A stretch of DNA of 51,339 nt from Saprolegnia diclina VS20 (Eukaryota): assembly GCF_000281045.1 (NCBI RefSeq), contig NW_008246069.1, positions 1,105,627 to 1,156,965 on the forward strand, written 5' to 3'. Shown here piece after piece: positions 34,064 to 45,700 of this stretch (position 1 is the stretch's first letter; each line of letters starts with the position of its first letter). The notes beneath the pieces were generated by a model. It saw only the letters and a program-made list of their open reading frames with translations. It did no database searches and was not told the origin of the DNA. A program made the position numbers and the translations under genes.

Positions 34064-35122
34064 TTAGAGAGTTGTGATCGTCTTGGGGTTGGCGCCTTCA
34101 AACGCAATGCGGTAGATGGCGACGAAGAGCGGAAAATCGTTGAGCGCGTGCGTCTTGTCGAGGATATGGAACACTTCCTTCGCCGTCCACGTGCCCTGGA
34201 GCTTCTGGCCGTTGAGCACCGTGTTCTCCAGCGTCTCCCACGTGACGCCTTGGTCCTTGACGAAGAGCTCGGCGCACTTGCGGTTGCGACCGCCAAAGCA
34301 CGTCGTAATGAGGTCGGCGACGCCGCAGCTCTCAAAGAACGTGTCTTCCTTGATGCCATCAAAGAAGCGGTAGCAAAACTTCTTCATCTCGATCAAGCCG
34401 AGACGAATGATGGCGGCCTTGGTGTTGCCACCGTACCCGAGACCGTCGCAAAAGCCTGCACCGAGCGCGACGACGTTCTTGAGCGCGCCGCAGAGCTCGA
34501 CGCCGTTCGGGTCCATCGCAATGTTGACGTGGAACGTCGGCGCGTGGAAGAGGTGCTGCAAGAGCGCACCTTCCTGGACGCCCGAGCAGCCGAGCGTCGA
34601 CTCGCAAAAGTCGCCGGCCGCGACTTCGTTGGCGACGTTGGCGCCCATGAGCACGGAGCAGTCAATGTTGAGCGCGTCGCGGATGATGTTGGAGACGAGG
34701 ACGACGCCGTTGTCGTTGAAGTCGATGCCCTTGATGAGCGAGACTGCGCAGCAGTCGGACTCGAGGCCCTGCTCCTTGATCTGCGGCAGCATGCGGCCGA
34801 GGAATTGGTGCGGCACGCAAAAGATGAGAATGTGCGCACCCTTGGTCGCCTCCTTGAGGTCCGGGACCGCGACGACGTTGGTCGGGAGCTTGTAGCCCGG
34901 GAGGTACTTGACGTTCTCGTGCTCCGTGTTGATGATTTCCGTGAGCTTGCGGTCGTTGACCATCTCCTCAAACACCCACATGTTGAGCGTGGGCTCAAAG
35001 AGCTGCGGGTTGGCCGTGATGTTGTCGCCGACGATGCGCGCGATGGCCGAGCCCCAGTTACCGGAGCCGACGAGCACGACCTTCTTGCGGTGCGTGTCCA
35101 AGTGGTACGTGTGGTGGGTCAT
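34064..35122 (-). CDS. GPD1: NAD-dependent glycerol-3-phosphate dehydrogenase, cytosolic
   Basis: Intronless. VGSGNWGSAIA, MWVFEE, INTEHENVKYLPG, SLIKG, LMGANVANEVA, VELCGALKNVVALGAGFCDGLGYGGNTKAAIIRLGLIEM, ESCGVADLITTCFGGRNR, LNGQKLQG. Confidence 0.97.
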   Translation of the reverse strand: MTHHTYHLDTHRKKVVLVGSGNWGSAIARIVGDNITANPQLFEPTLNMWVFEEMVNDRKLTEIINTEHENVKYLPGYKLPTNVVAVPDLKEATKGAHILIFCVPHQFLGRMLPQIKEQGLESDCCAVSLIKGIDFNDNGVVLVSNIIRDALNIDCSVLMGANVANEVAAGDFCESTLGCSGVQEGALLQHLFHAPTFHVNIAMDPNGVELCGALKNVVALGAGFCDGLGYGGNTKAAIIRLGLIEMKKFCYRFFDGIKEDTFFESCGVADLITTCFGGRNRKCAELFVKDQGVTWETLENTVLNGQKLQGTWTAKEVFHILDKTHALNDFPLFVAIYRIAFEGANPKTITTL

Positions 35123-35199
35123 CTTGGAAGACAAAGTGATACGAGCGCCAAAGGGCAATTTCGAGACTGGGGCGATCTCTATTTTTATTGATGCCGTGC

Positions 35200-35537
35200 C
35201 GTCGGCCAATCACGGACGCATCTCTCGAAATCCACTGACGGCCATAATCGTATGGGAAACGTGGCCAAATGACTCGGCTGCGGCATGTCCCAGTGCCATC
35301 GTCGGCCAATCACCGACGTGGAGAATCCAGTGTCGCGCGACATGTAGGGGGGCCGCCGAAGGTTCTTGTGGCGTCAACGACCTTGATGACGAAGCACATG
35401 CCACCGTCAAAACGAAGTGGACTGGGGAGTTGAGTGGCGCGCGCGGCTGACGTGGCTGCAGAGATGCACGCAGCGCCGTCCGCCTTTCCCTCATCCCGCG
35501 TTTTGATTGGCCGAGAAAACCTATTTCCACCAATCAC
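35200..35537. promoter_or_regulatory. Cluster of CCAAT boxes upstream of GPD1
   Basis: CGTCGGCCAATCAC at 35200 and again at 35300, GATTGGCCGA at 35505 and CCAATCAC at 35530. Confidence 0.5.
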
Positions 35538-35638
35538 AAGCCGAGCATCGAGTATCTTGCTGCACACAACGCGGTTGACCGCGACACAACGTGGAGCCTT
35601 GAGGTAGTAAAAACGGTCGACGTGTGTGCCTCCAGCGC

Positions 35639-36754
35639 CGTGTCGACAAGACATGACCCCGTCGCCCACGGACGAATGAACCGGTATAGCTTCGTTGCCC
35701 GCAAGTTCGAGCCTGGTGCAGCTCCGTTGGTAGCCGTGCACAGCCTTTGTGAACGGCTATAGAGCGAGTATAGAGCGTGCGTAGGACTGGCGTGGGTTGA
35801 AAGCTGAGTCGTAGGTAATTGCTCTGTCAACATGTACTCGCCCTCATTACAGAGCTACGACAATTTGAGTGTTATCACGTTGTCTGCGGTGGGCTCGTGC
35901 TTGGCAAGAGGCTACAATCTCCATCGGAAGGAAAAGCACATCGCTGGAAACGTCATCGCGTGGGCAAAGATCTCGAAAGACAACATGTCCAAGAAGCCGT
36001 CACATGCGCCTCCTCAATGTCAACGTCGACGTAACATACGCAGCCCATTGGACCCGTTCTTTGCAGCGCGCCAACGACTGCGCTGCGAGGCATCTCCCTC
36101 TGCAGCTCAATGAGGCGTGGGCCAGACCCGTGCGATCAAGATCGGCGGCCGCAACCAGAGCCGCGGACCAAAGCAGTTAATGCGCTGTTTCCAGGGCCAA
36201 GACCCGCGTCCCGAGCACGAGCACTGCAGCGAAGCCGCGAAACGCCCGCACAAGGACAAGGGCGGTGACACCGCCGCGGTGAGCGATGTAAATCCTAGCG
36301 TGCACGAAGAGCCGGGCGAGGACGCATGCCACTCGACAAAGTCCGTCAACTCGTACCACCTTGGGAAGAGAAAAACGCTGAATGACGCCAGCCAGTATGC
36401 GCCCACAAGGATTCAGTTTGGCGACTTTCGGCTGATCCCGATCGAAGGCAGCAGCTACACCCCACCGGCGATGATGCCACGTTCCCACTCTCAACAGCGT
36501 ATCTATTCGCCAAGGAATATCATACATGGCAATTTCGTACCCGTCGCGATCGACGACGTCTGTATACGAGCAAAATCACGTCGCAAGCCTGCGTAGGAAG
36601 CCTCGAAAAAAGAGCACCCAAGATCCACTGCGGTCCATGATGCAAAGCCATCATCAAGCCAATCGACTCGCCCCTTTGCTTATATCGAGCAAAAGAGGCT
36701 GGTGGAGCGTTTGTGCTCAACAGCGTGTCGACAAGACATGACCCTGTCGCCCAC
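35639..36754 (+). repeat. Pair of 31-bp direct repeats (35639-35669 and 36724-36754)
   Basis: CGTGTCGACAAGACATGACCC[C/T]GTCGCCCAC, one mismatch, 1085 bp apart. Confidence 0.8.
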
Positions 36755-36952
36755 CGACAAACTACCTAACGTTAGTATGGTTACCCTAAGCTCCGTTTGT
36801 ATTAGATGGGCTTTCATACATGGCAATAGAGCCTGCGTAGGATATAAATTGGTTGTAGGTGAGAGCCGTAAGAGCTACTGTAGCTCTATCAACAATGACG
36901 TGCCTCCTACCGAACGACTCGAGTCTGACGTGTTTTGAATGTTTAGGCAGCA

Positions 36953-39900
36953 TTAATGCAGCATGAGCGATTCTACGAAAACAATGAGCGTCGCGACAGG
37001 AGCGATGCACACATACCCTCTTGGACTAGCGCAATGATCTGTTCTTTGAACGGTTTGTGTCGACTGAGCTTTTCGAGGACGATCTTGGCGGCCTTCTTTT
37101 GGGGTACGGTGCCTTCGCAGTAGAGGTTGACAATAGGTCCAATCGCATCCTTCATCTTGACAAGGAGGTCTGTTGCGGCGAGCGCCGTGAGTACGATGCA
37201 AGCTGCAGTTTTTTGGCTATCGTTGCCGACACCGAGAATCGCGAGGCAAGGACCTAACTCAACAAACAATGAACATCAGCTTGGAGATAGGGCGTGCGGA
37301 CCGAGAAGCCCGGCCTTGGCCAACGGAATCTGATACTCGGCGTGGGGCGCAAGCTTGCTGAGCGCGCTGAGCGTTTGCTGGCGCACAAACTAGTTGACGA
37401 CAAATACTGTTAGAGAACGCGCTGCACTCGATAGGCAGACCTTGCGCCCGCGCACGACGTAGTTGAGTAGCGTCGGAATCCCATTCTCCTTGACGAGCCG
37501 GCTGCGGTTCTCCGCGCACTCCATGAGCCAGTTGAGCGCGGCGGCGCTAGTGTCTATCATCCTGCTTCAGCAAACCGTGGTATCATCACAAATTTGCGCA
37601 CCGCGCTGGGAGTGGGTGCCCGCCTTTAATAGACTAAGAAACGCAACAATACCGCCTTCCGAACCAATTTCGCGCTGGTTGTCTTCCGTGCCCGAGAGAT
37701 ACCGCAAAACGAGCGCCGCCTTGTCGCGCACGGTCTCGTGCGTCGCTGTCGTTGTGAGCTTGCGCATGCAGATCGGAATTGCGCTCTCTTCGACAAGCAG
37801 CGGCTGGTACTCGCGGTTGAGCGAAATCGCGCAGAGGGCAGCCCCCGCTTCGTACTACTCAACGCAATGTAAAATTGGAAATCCAGTGGCATCTACTTGT
37901 TGCAGCATGGTGCCGGTGCCGAGGATCTTGAGCAGCGCAGCGATCGTTTGCTTGAAGCTGTCGCTTTTATCAAAGACCTTGATGCCGCCAACAACAAAGA
38001 GGTTGCGAATGAGCCCGGCCATGTGCTCCTTGGTGAAGCCTTCGCCAACCTAGTGAAACGATACGTCGATGGCAACGCCAACGCGTACTACCGTGAGGTA
38101 GGCCGTAAACGACGTGAGGAGCGACATGTCTTGAATCGCGAGCAAGATCTTGCGGCGAAGCACGCCGCTGCTGCGGGCGAGGATCTTCATCAATAGAATG
38201 GCGAGCTCGGCCTCCCGCGGCACCTCTACTCGCTCAATGGGTCGACACACTTGAGGACACTATGGTACCTTCGTCCGACTGGTCGAGCTTGACAAAATGC
38301 ACCATGACTGGCAAAATGCCTTTGGCGAGCATCTTGTCGGCGTAGACCGGCGACGCCATGGCGAGGCCAATGAGGCGCTTGAGCACGCGCTCGCTCACGT
38401 CCCACGGCTGCTGGTCCTGCTTGAGCCGCGTCATGAGCGGGCTTACGGCCATGTTCTCAATCGAATTCGGGTCCCCCGTGGGTTTGTATGGGAGTTTTTG
38501 GAGCTCGAGGATCTTCTCTGTGAGCTCGTCGCACGCATCGTCATAGTACTCGTCGTGTGTAAAGTCCATGCACTCTTGGTCCCCAATGATGATGCGAAAC
38601 TCGCCCGAGAGACAGTCCTACACGCGATGATGATTGCGTGATGCGAACGCCGTGTCGGTACGTAGCGCTTCATTTCGTCTTCGAGCACAATGAACACCAT
38701 CCGCTGGACCGTCTTGGTGAAAAGCGCGAGTGAAAACTCATACTGACAGCTCTCGAGCTGCCCGTCGCTGTTGACGAGGTTCATATAATGCCGCGTGACA
38801 AAGACGACGACGACCGACGCGTGACCAAGGCCTTGCTGGATGAGTGCATTGTCGGTGGCGCTCTTGTCGGCGTCGTACCACACAACAATGCCGCTACGTC
38901 CATGATACGGTACATGTAGGGAGACAGAACAGAACGCACTTGGCCGTCAAGAGCTTGTGGGCGCGCGCAATGCGCTCCCGCACGATGCGACTCGCGCTGT
39001 CTTTGCCCACGGCGTACGAAAAGTATGCGTCGTAGTGGTCGAGGTTCGGGTCGAACGCCGCGCTTGGCGCACTCACAATGTCATCAAAGTGGTCGCGCAC
39101 CATGCTCTGGATCGACATGACAGGCCGAAGACCCCGTGTTGCGACCGTTGTCGCCTTCATGGTCGGATGCACAATATCGTCGTCGTCCCCGTCGTCATGG
39201 TCCTGCAATGTGTCCATGAGGTGATCAAGGACAGCATCGTACAGGTGGCTTTGCTGTCGGGTGACCGTCTTGTGTCTACGTGTACATGCATGAGTAGGAG
39301 GATGGAGTTTCGTCGGGCTTTGGTCGTTGTGCGCACCAGGACGGCATTGTGTGAATGGCTATCAAACGAGTTGCGCCGACTGGACGAGCCTCGACGGACC
39401 TACAGTAGCAGATATGTTGTCACAGATGCGCATCGTCGTTGCCTACTGCCGAGTCAAAGGCCGATGGGTACGGTATGTCAAACTTGGCGGTGGCCACCCT
39501 GGGCGTCCCCTCGGCCTCGCGCGGCGTGGGGGCACGGCTTCGACTTGGTAGCTACGGGAGAGATCTGTGTTTAGAGTCGAGTTGTGGGCGACGGTACAGT
39601 TGGTCGAGGCGATGCAACGTTGGGTGCTGCATCAGCCTCGGTCGAGCCTGGTAGCGACGATGTGGGCCACGGTGCTTTTACGTCGGTGGTCGTGTGTGGT
39701 GGCTCTGTCGCTATCGGAGACGTCTCCGTGTCGAGCGGCGCCACTTGGCATGCGCGCTGCCCGCCAAAGCTGGATATCGTGTCGGCGGGTCGCGCCACCA
39801 TGTTTTCGTCGGCTCGGGGCGGAAGCTCGGGCGTGTGAGCCAACGGCGGCAGCGTTTTGGCGGGCGAGATCGGTGCGTTGTTTTCATGCGGCTCTATCGC

Positions 39901-40356
39901 CGTCACGAGCGTCTCGCAGGATACCGCGTGAAGCAGCGGCGCGCACTCGATGCTCGCAAGCACCATTTGCTGCACGGCGGCGCGCGCGTCCTCGGCGGCT
40001 TGCGTCGTCACGTCGTCTCGACCGACCGACCGACGCTTGGGCTTGGCAAGGGTGCGTACGGTGTGGCTACTCGTACTACTACCACTCGGCGTCGTAGCCG
40101 GTGCCTTGAGCTGCTTGAGATGATAGAGCATCATCGTCACGTGGCTTGGGTCCTTGACGTGGCAAGCGCTCATGAGGTCCGCTTCCGAGAGCGCCACGAG
40201 ACGCGTGCTGTCAATGTCCTGGGCGAGAAGCATGTCACTGTACGGAACAAACTCGGGCCCGAGGTCCCTCACAAAGGTCGCGAGCTCGGCGGATGTGAGC
40301 TTCTGCACGGGTCCGTCCTGCGTTGAGAGCGCCGACCGAGAGCTCGTTGTGCCCAT
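36953..40356 (-). CDS. Putative N-myristoylated SAM - TIR - armadillo-repeat protein
   Basis: MGTTSS start; SAM-like domain (VQKLTSAELATFVRDLGPEFVPYSDMLLAQDIDSTRLVALSEADLMSACHVKDPSHVTMMLYHLKQL); low-complexity linker; phase-0 introns at 39552-39597, 39400-39446 and 39254-39285 lead in frame into a TIR domain (YDAYFSY...LTANGIVVWYD...QGLGHASVVVVFVTRHYM...SCQYEFSLA...MVFIVLE). ARM repeats follow (AGAALCAISLNREYQPLLVEESAIPIC; AALVLRYLSGTEDNQREIGSEGGIVAFLSLL; AAALNWLMECAENRSRLVKENGIPTLL). The domains are well supported; the SAM-TIR join is inferred. Confidence 0.78.
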
Positions 40357-40659
40357 CGCAATGCAAAGCAGATGACTCTGATGATGGCACGACGTAGTAT
40401 TTATAGGACGCGGAGATTGCTGTTCTCTGGCATCCCTCCCTCCCCTCGTAACTACTCGACGGACTCCCATATAGGCTGAAAGAGCAGCCTAGCTTCAAGC
40501 CATTGCGTGTTCTGGACGCTGACGAGGTCGTCTAACTCACGACTTGGTGAGTCGGGACTCGGTTTGAGCCAGTTTGAACCAGTGACAGAAGACTCGCAAT
40601 GAAAGGCCAAGTCATGCTCGAGTTTTGCATACATAGATGAAGACGATCTCGCTCTCGAT

Positions 40660-41929
40660 CTACGCGGTGGCCGCTGTGACGTCGGCCATTGCTGTCGCAA
40701 ACGCCGTCCAGCCCTTCACCCACGTCGCAGCCGGAATCGAGAGGTTCCACACACCCTATACACACAAAAATCGTTGTGAGCACATTTCCACTAGGCGTCA
40801 GGAGGTCGCTACCATGTTCATTTCAAAGTAGTAGCGATTGGCGACGACGACGCCGGCGCCGGTGCGGAACGGGCGCGCCATGACAAAGCAGCGGACACCG
40901 CTCGCCGCTTCGGCCATCTCTTGCGCGCGCTTGATGTCGTCCAATTGGCCAAACAAGTGCACGTGCACGAGCGGGACTTCGGGCACGGGCGGGTCAAACA
41001 CGACAACGCTCGATGGGACAGCCGCCGAGACGGCGGCAACGACGGTCTGCAACTGCAGCCGACGCGCGGCAAACACGGATGCTGGAAACGCGCGGAACCC
41101 GGCCCACGACGACGCAGCGTACGGCAGCTGCGAGTAGAGGTTGCCACCAAAGCGCCGAAGCCACACCTTGGACGCGTCGATAAAGTCGCTCGAGCCAAGG
41201 AGCATGGCGCCCGTGATGGCGCCGAGACCCTTGTAGAATGAGACGTACACCGAGTCAAAGAGCGCCGTCACGTCGTGGAGCGAGTGGCCGTGGGCGGCGT
41301 AGTTGGCTTCCGCTATCGCACACATTGTATAATCAACATCGAATCGTTGTGATGGCCCAACCTTCCCAAAGCCGCGCGCCGTCCATGTGCAGTGCGATGC
41401 CCTTGGCGCGCACGGCCTCCGAGATGCGAACAAGGTCGTCAAACGCAATGCATTTGCCGCCAATCTCGCGCTCTGGCAGCTCGAGGAAGAGAACGGCGGG
41501 CAGGTCGTCGCTCTCAAGAATGATCTTGACGTCGTCAAACGTAGCGGCAGCTTGCACGTCAGCAGCACTCGCAGGCAGCACGCGCGCGTCGAGATGGAGC
41601 ACGTGCTTGTACGCGTCATGCTCGTGCAGGAACAAGTGCGAGTTGTACCGAGCAGCGAACGAGCTGCGACCGGACGTTTCTTCGTAGACCTTGAGCGCAA
41701 TGTTTTGGGCCATGACACCCGACGGTACAAAGAGGGCGCGGTCGAAACCCAAGCGCGTCGCCACTTCGGCTTGGAAGCGCTGCAGCCACGACGCCTCGTT
41801 GGCATAGTCGCCGTACATGTCAAACGCCTGGATGCCCAAGGTGGCGCAGTCGGCGCGGAGCTGGTCCGAAGCGGCGTCGGGCGTCCGCGGGTCGTGCGAC
41901 CAGCGCAAGTCGATCAAGTTGGGCGCCAT
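40660..41929 (-). CDS. Low-specificity L-threonine aldolase (PLP-dependent, beta-eliminating lyase family)
   Basis: DMYG...ALFVPSGVMAQNIAL, SHLFLHE, LELPEREIGG, LHMDGARLWE, FDSVYVSFYKGLG (PLP lysine), WLRRFGG. Three exons ending GVWNLSIP...AATA*. Confidence 0.92.
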
Positions 41930-42745
41930 CGTATTCGCTCTTCGATTCCGAGTCAGTGGGGAAGATATGATGGACGCATGCCATGCATTCGAGAACCTAC
42001 ACTCTTTCATCAGCTACAAACCCAACACCAAAACCTACATTCCGATAACGACTTCGAACTTCGCTTCTCCATACTTTCAGCAAGATACGCAAAGGCGATG
42101 GTGCGCGTTATCAGCGCGTTCGTCGGCCGCCAGCAATCATCATGCTTGCTGTGTCTGTTCCTTCGCCTTCGATCCCGTTCGCTGCGGCTTTTCTTTCGCT
42201 TGGAACGACCCTATTGTCTCTGCTACCAAACGCGGCGCACACGGGAACCTAGGGTAAGTACCTTGATGGAAACCGTCAAGATAGACATCGTGTTTAAAAC
42301 ACGACAATTGTGTCCTGTTTGAAACAATAAGATCGATGGTCTCTTATCTCGCCTGCAGTCTCGCCTGCGTGTGACGCGCCGTCGCATCAATGCGTTGCAC
42401 TGCCGTGTGCGCAATTGCACTCTCGGTACCGACGTGTGTACCCGTAGACCGCCAAGCTCACAAAAGATCCTCACTGTCGTCGTCATGATGGAGCCGGACG
42501 CGATGACGCGAGCGCGTCGCACCAATCAGACGCGCGTAGACCAGCGTATCGCGATTGTGATTGGTGCGACGCTCTCATTGGCCCAAAGCCGATCCAAAGT
42601 GTCGCTTCGCCTCGGAGGGCTCGGGGTCAAAGAAATCGAAGCTCTGCATATACAAAACACAAGGTAATACAATACCGACGTCCGAAGGGTCGTCGACGCG
42701 GATATTTTTCCGCGGCCCATCCTGCGATTTGAAGGTCCCCGGAGC

Positions 42746-45700
42746 ATGATGAAGAAGCACGCGACCAAGACTGTGGGCCGCGCAACGCCGTCGACGGCCA
42801 AGGCGAAGGCCCGCGCGGCCTTTAGCGTCGGCCAGCTCGTCGATGTGGCACAAGAGACCGTCGGCAAGTGGAAGCGCGGCAAGATCATGTCGCTGCGCCA
42901 AGGCGCGCCCACAACGAGCGCTAGCAAGCGCCGCCCCGAGAACACGAGCCTCCAGTACGATATTGCCTACGAGAACGGACAAATTGAGTGCGACATCGAC
43001 GCCGACCGCCTTCGACCGATGGCAAAAGAGCCCGCATCGTTGTACCAGGCGCCACCGACAACGTCGCCGACGTCGCTCTCGCGCCCCAAAGCCACGCCGT
43101 CGTCGTCATCGACGGCCACAAAGCGTACGTCACTCGAAGGGTACGGCTCGCACGACGAGACCGAGTCGGGGCCGCCGCCGATGGTGCTACGCACCGAAGA
43201 GCAGCTCCTGGGCCATCAGTCGCAGATCCAAATCGTGCTCGACAACCTCTTTTCGATCCACGCCGACGTGCACTCTGTGGTAGCCCTATTCGATGCATTC
43301 TTGGACAATGTACGAGCCAAAAGGGTAGAAAAAGGCGCTCTCGACCTTGCTCAAGCTCCTGCGCACGGCGCCGCAAGTGACGGCCGACTACTTCCACTTC
43401 AAAGCCGGCGAGACGATTCTGTTGCATATTATTCGGTCCCATAGTCTCTACTCTGTGTTGCAGTGCTACGGCTTTGTGCTCTTGCGCAAAATGTGCCACC
43501 TTTCGTTCGAGAGCTGCCACGTCTTTGTACAGAACGGTGCGGTGGCCGCGATTGCCGGTGCCCTTACGTCTTTTCCCGACGACCCGATTGTTCAGGTAGA
43601 GACTCGATATACGATATAGCGATAGGACGACTCACATGTGGGCATAGGCATCGGGTTGCGGGGCACTCGCAGCATTGGGCCAGCTCAATGTCAACTCGGT
43701 CGCGATCATGCTCGAACACAACATCGTCCCGTTGGTCACAAAAGCGATTTTAAGCCACTTGGAGATCAACGCCAATACGCGCCAAGTCCAGTTTTACGCT
43801 TGCGAAGGTGGCTCGTGCCGCTTGTGTGTGTGTCTCTAGCTGACGTTGGCCTAGTGCTCCTCGAACTCTGTGACCGGGGTGGGGCGCGGGCGGCGGCGGC
43901 CATCGTCGAGCTTCAGGGAGACGACGGCGGCCTGCTCAAGGCTCTTGTACAAGTGCTGCGCAAGAGCCTCAAGCTCGACGACAAGAAGGTGTCGTGCGCC
44001 ATCTGCTCCCTCGTGCTCTGGTAGGACATCCCATTTTTGAGGATATTGAAAGTGGCGTCGTATAGCCTCCTCTCGATGAACAAGGCGACGGCGCAGCTCT
44101 TGCGCCAAACGGACGCGATCTCGGACCTCTCGATTGTCATGGCCAAGTACCCGTCGCACGAAGGCATCCTCAAGTACTCGGTGCTCGCGACGCGAGAGCT
44201 CGCGATTGCTAGTATTCAGAGCCCGAGCAACCGTGTACGACAGACGGCGCGCGTCATCCTGGACGACGACAAGAAGGCGTCAACAGCGACGCCCAAGTCG
44301 AGAAAGCCAATCAAGACACCGACACCGACGGCCAAGGGCCGAGCGACGGCGCGCAGTGTCCCAAAGAAAGACAGGAACGTCGTCACCCGCGAGAAGAAGC
44401 TGCTTGAGACGTATGGGTTTGACCCGGCATCGACACCACTGGGACGCAAGGTGAAGCCGTCGACGGCGGCCTCGGCACTGGCTCCGCCAACCGCAAAAGC
44501 AGCGTTTGCAGCACCGACCGTGGTGACTTCGACGCCGTTGCCGTCGGATCCAGATATCTTATTGACACGGCCGCACTCGTCGTCGAAGCTCCAGCCGCTT
44601 GTGTTTGATACCTTGCCAACAGCGCGCCCGCAAACGACAACACCGACGAGTGGAGCCAAGTGGAGCGATAAATTGACTCCTCGCGTGCCCCCGGCGGAGC
44701 TCAAGACGCTTGCATCCGAGCTCTTTCAGCCCAAAGAGGACGACGGACCACGCCCGTCGTCTTCGGATGCGTCGGCGCTCAACCGCATTAGTTTTGCAGA
44801 CAAGTTGCACCGGATGATCGAGAAGGCCGAGACGTCGCTGGGGACGACCGCACAAGTTTTGCCGCCGGCCACGACGCCTCGACCCATCGAATCGAGCCGT
44901 CCGACAGAGTCGGTTCTGCCGCCGGCGACGACGCCCTGGCCAATGCCCGTTTCCGAGGTGCGACCCGTCACACCAGCATCCACATTGCCCGAGATCGTCT
45001 TTGGCGAGCGCGGCATCTTTACACCGATTGCCAATAAGCAGCCCGTCATCGAGCTCTTCCCCGTTGGCACCAAGGTGCGTGTCCGCTTCAACGGCGGCGC
45101 GCGCTACTATCCTGGCGTCATTGCCGCAACGTATCCGGACCAACGCTGCTACGACATCGACTACAACGACGGCGAGCAAGAGTCGAAGGTTCCTATCGAC
45201 TGGATACGCCTGCAGCCGACCGCGGGCCTAGTGGCGGCGCTGTCGCCGGTCAAGGTCCGTCGTATTTTTCACGAAGGCGACTGCGTCGAGGCGCGGCCGC
45301 CGGGCAAAACGGCCTTTTACCCTGCGCGTGTGGTGCACGCCACGTCCAAGTTTGGGGCGACGGGGTACGTCTACGACATCGCGTACGATAGCGGCGAAGC
45401 CGCGAGCGACGTGCCTCAAGAATGCCTTCGCCCGATGGTGCTTCCCGAGTGGGTCTTCTCGCTCGGACAGACAGTCGAGGCCCGCTACAAAGGTCGGTCC
45501 AAGTACTACCGCGGTACCGTCAACAAGCTTCGCCTCACGGGGCACTATGACATTCTCTACGACGATGGCGAGCAAGAAGTCAACATCCATCGGGACTACA
45601 TTCGTGCCGTCGTTGTGCTCGAGTCGTATGAAGACGGCGACGCTGTCGAGGCCCAAGCGGAAGGCCTGCAAGAGTATGCACCTGGAGTCGTCACTCGCTG

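Noticed and set aside
35985..36596. 159-aa ORF 36117-36596 as a gene
   Set aside because: Non-ATG start in the track, no recognisable domain and ambiguous coding signal.
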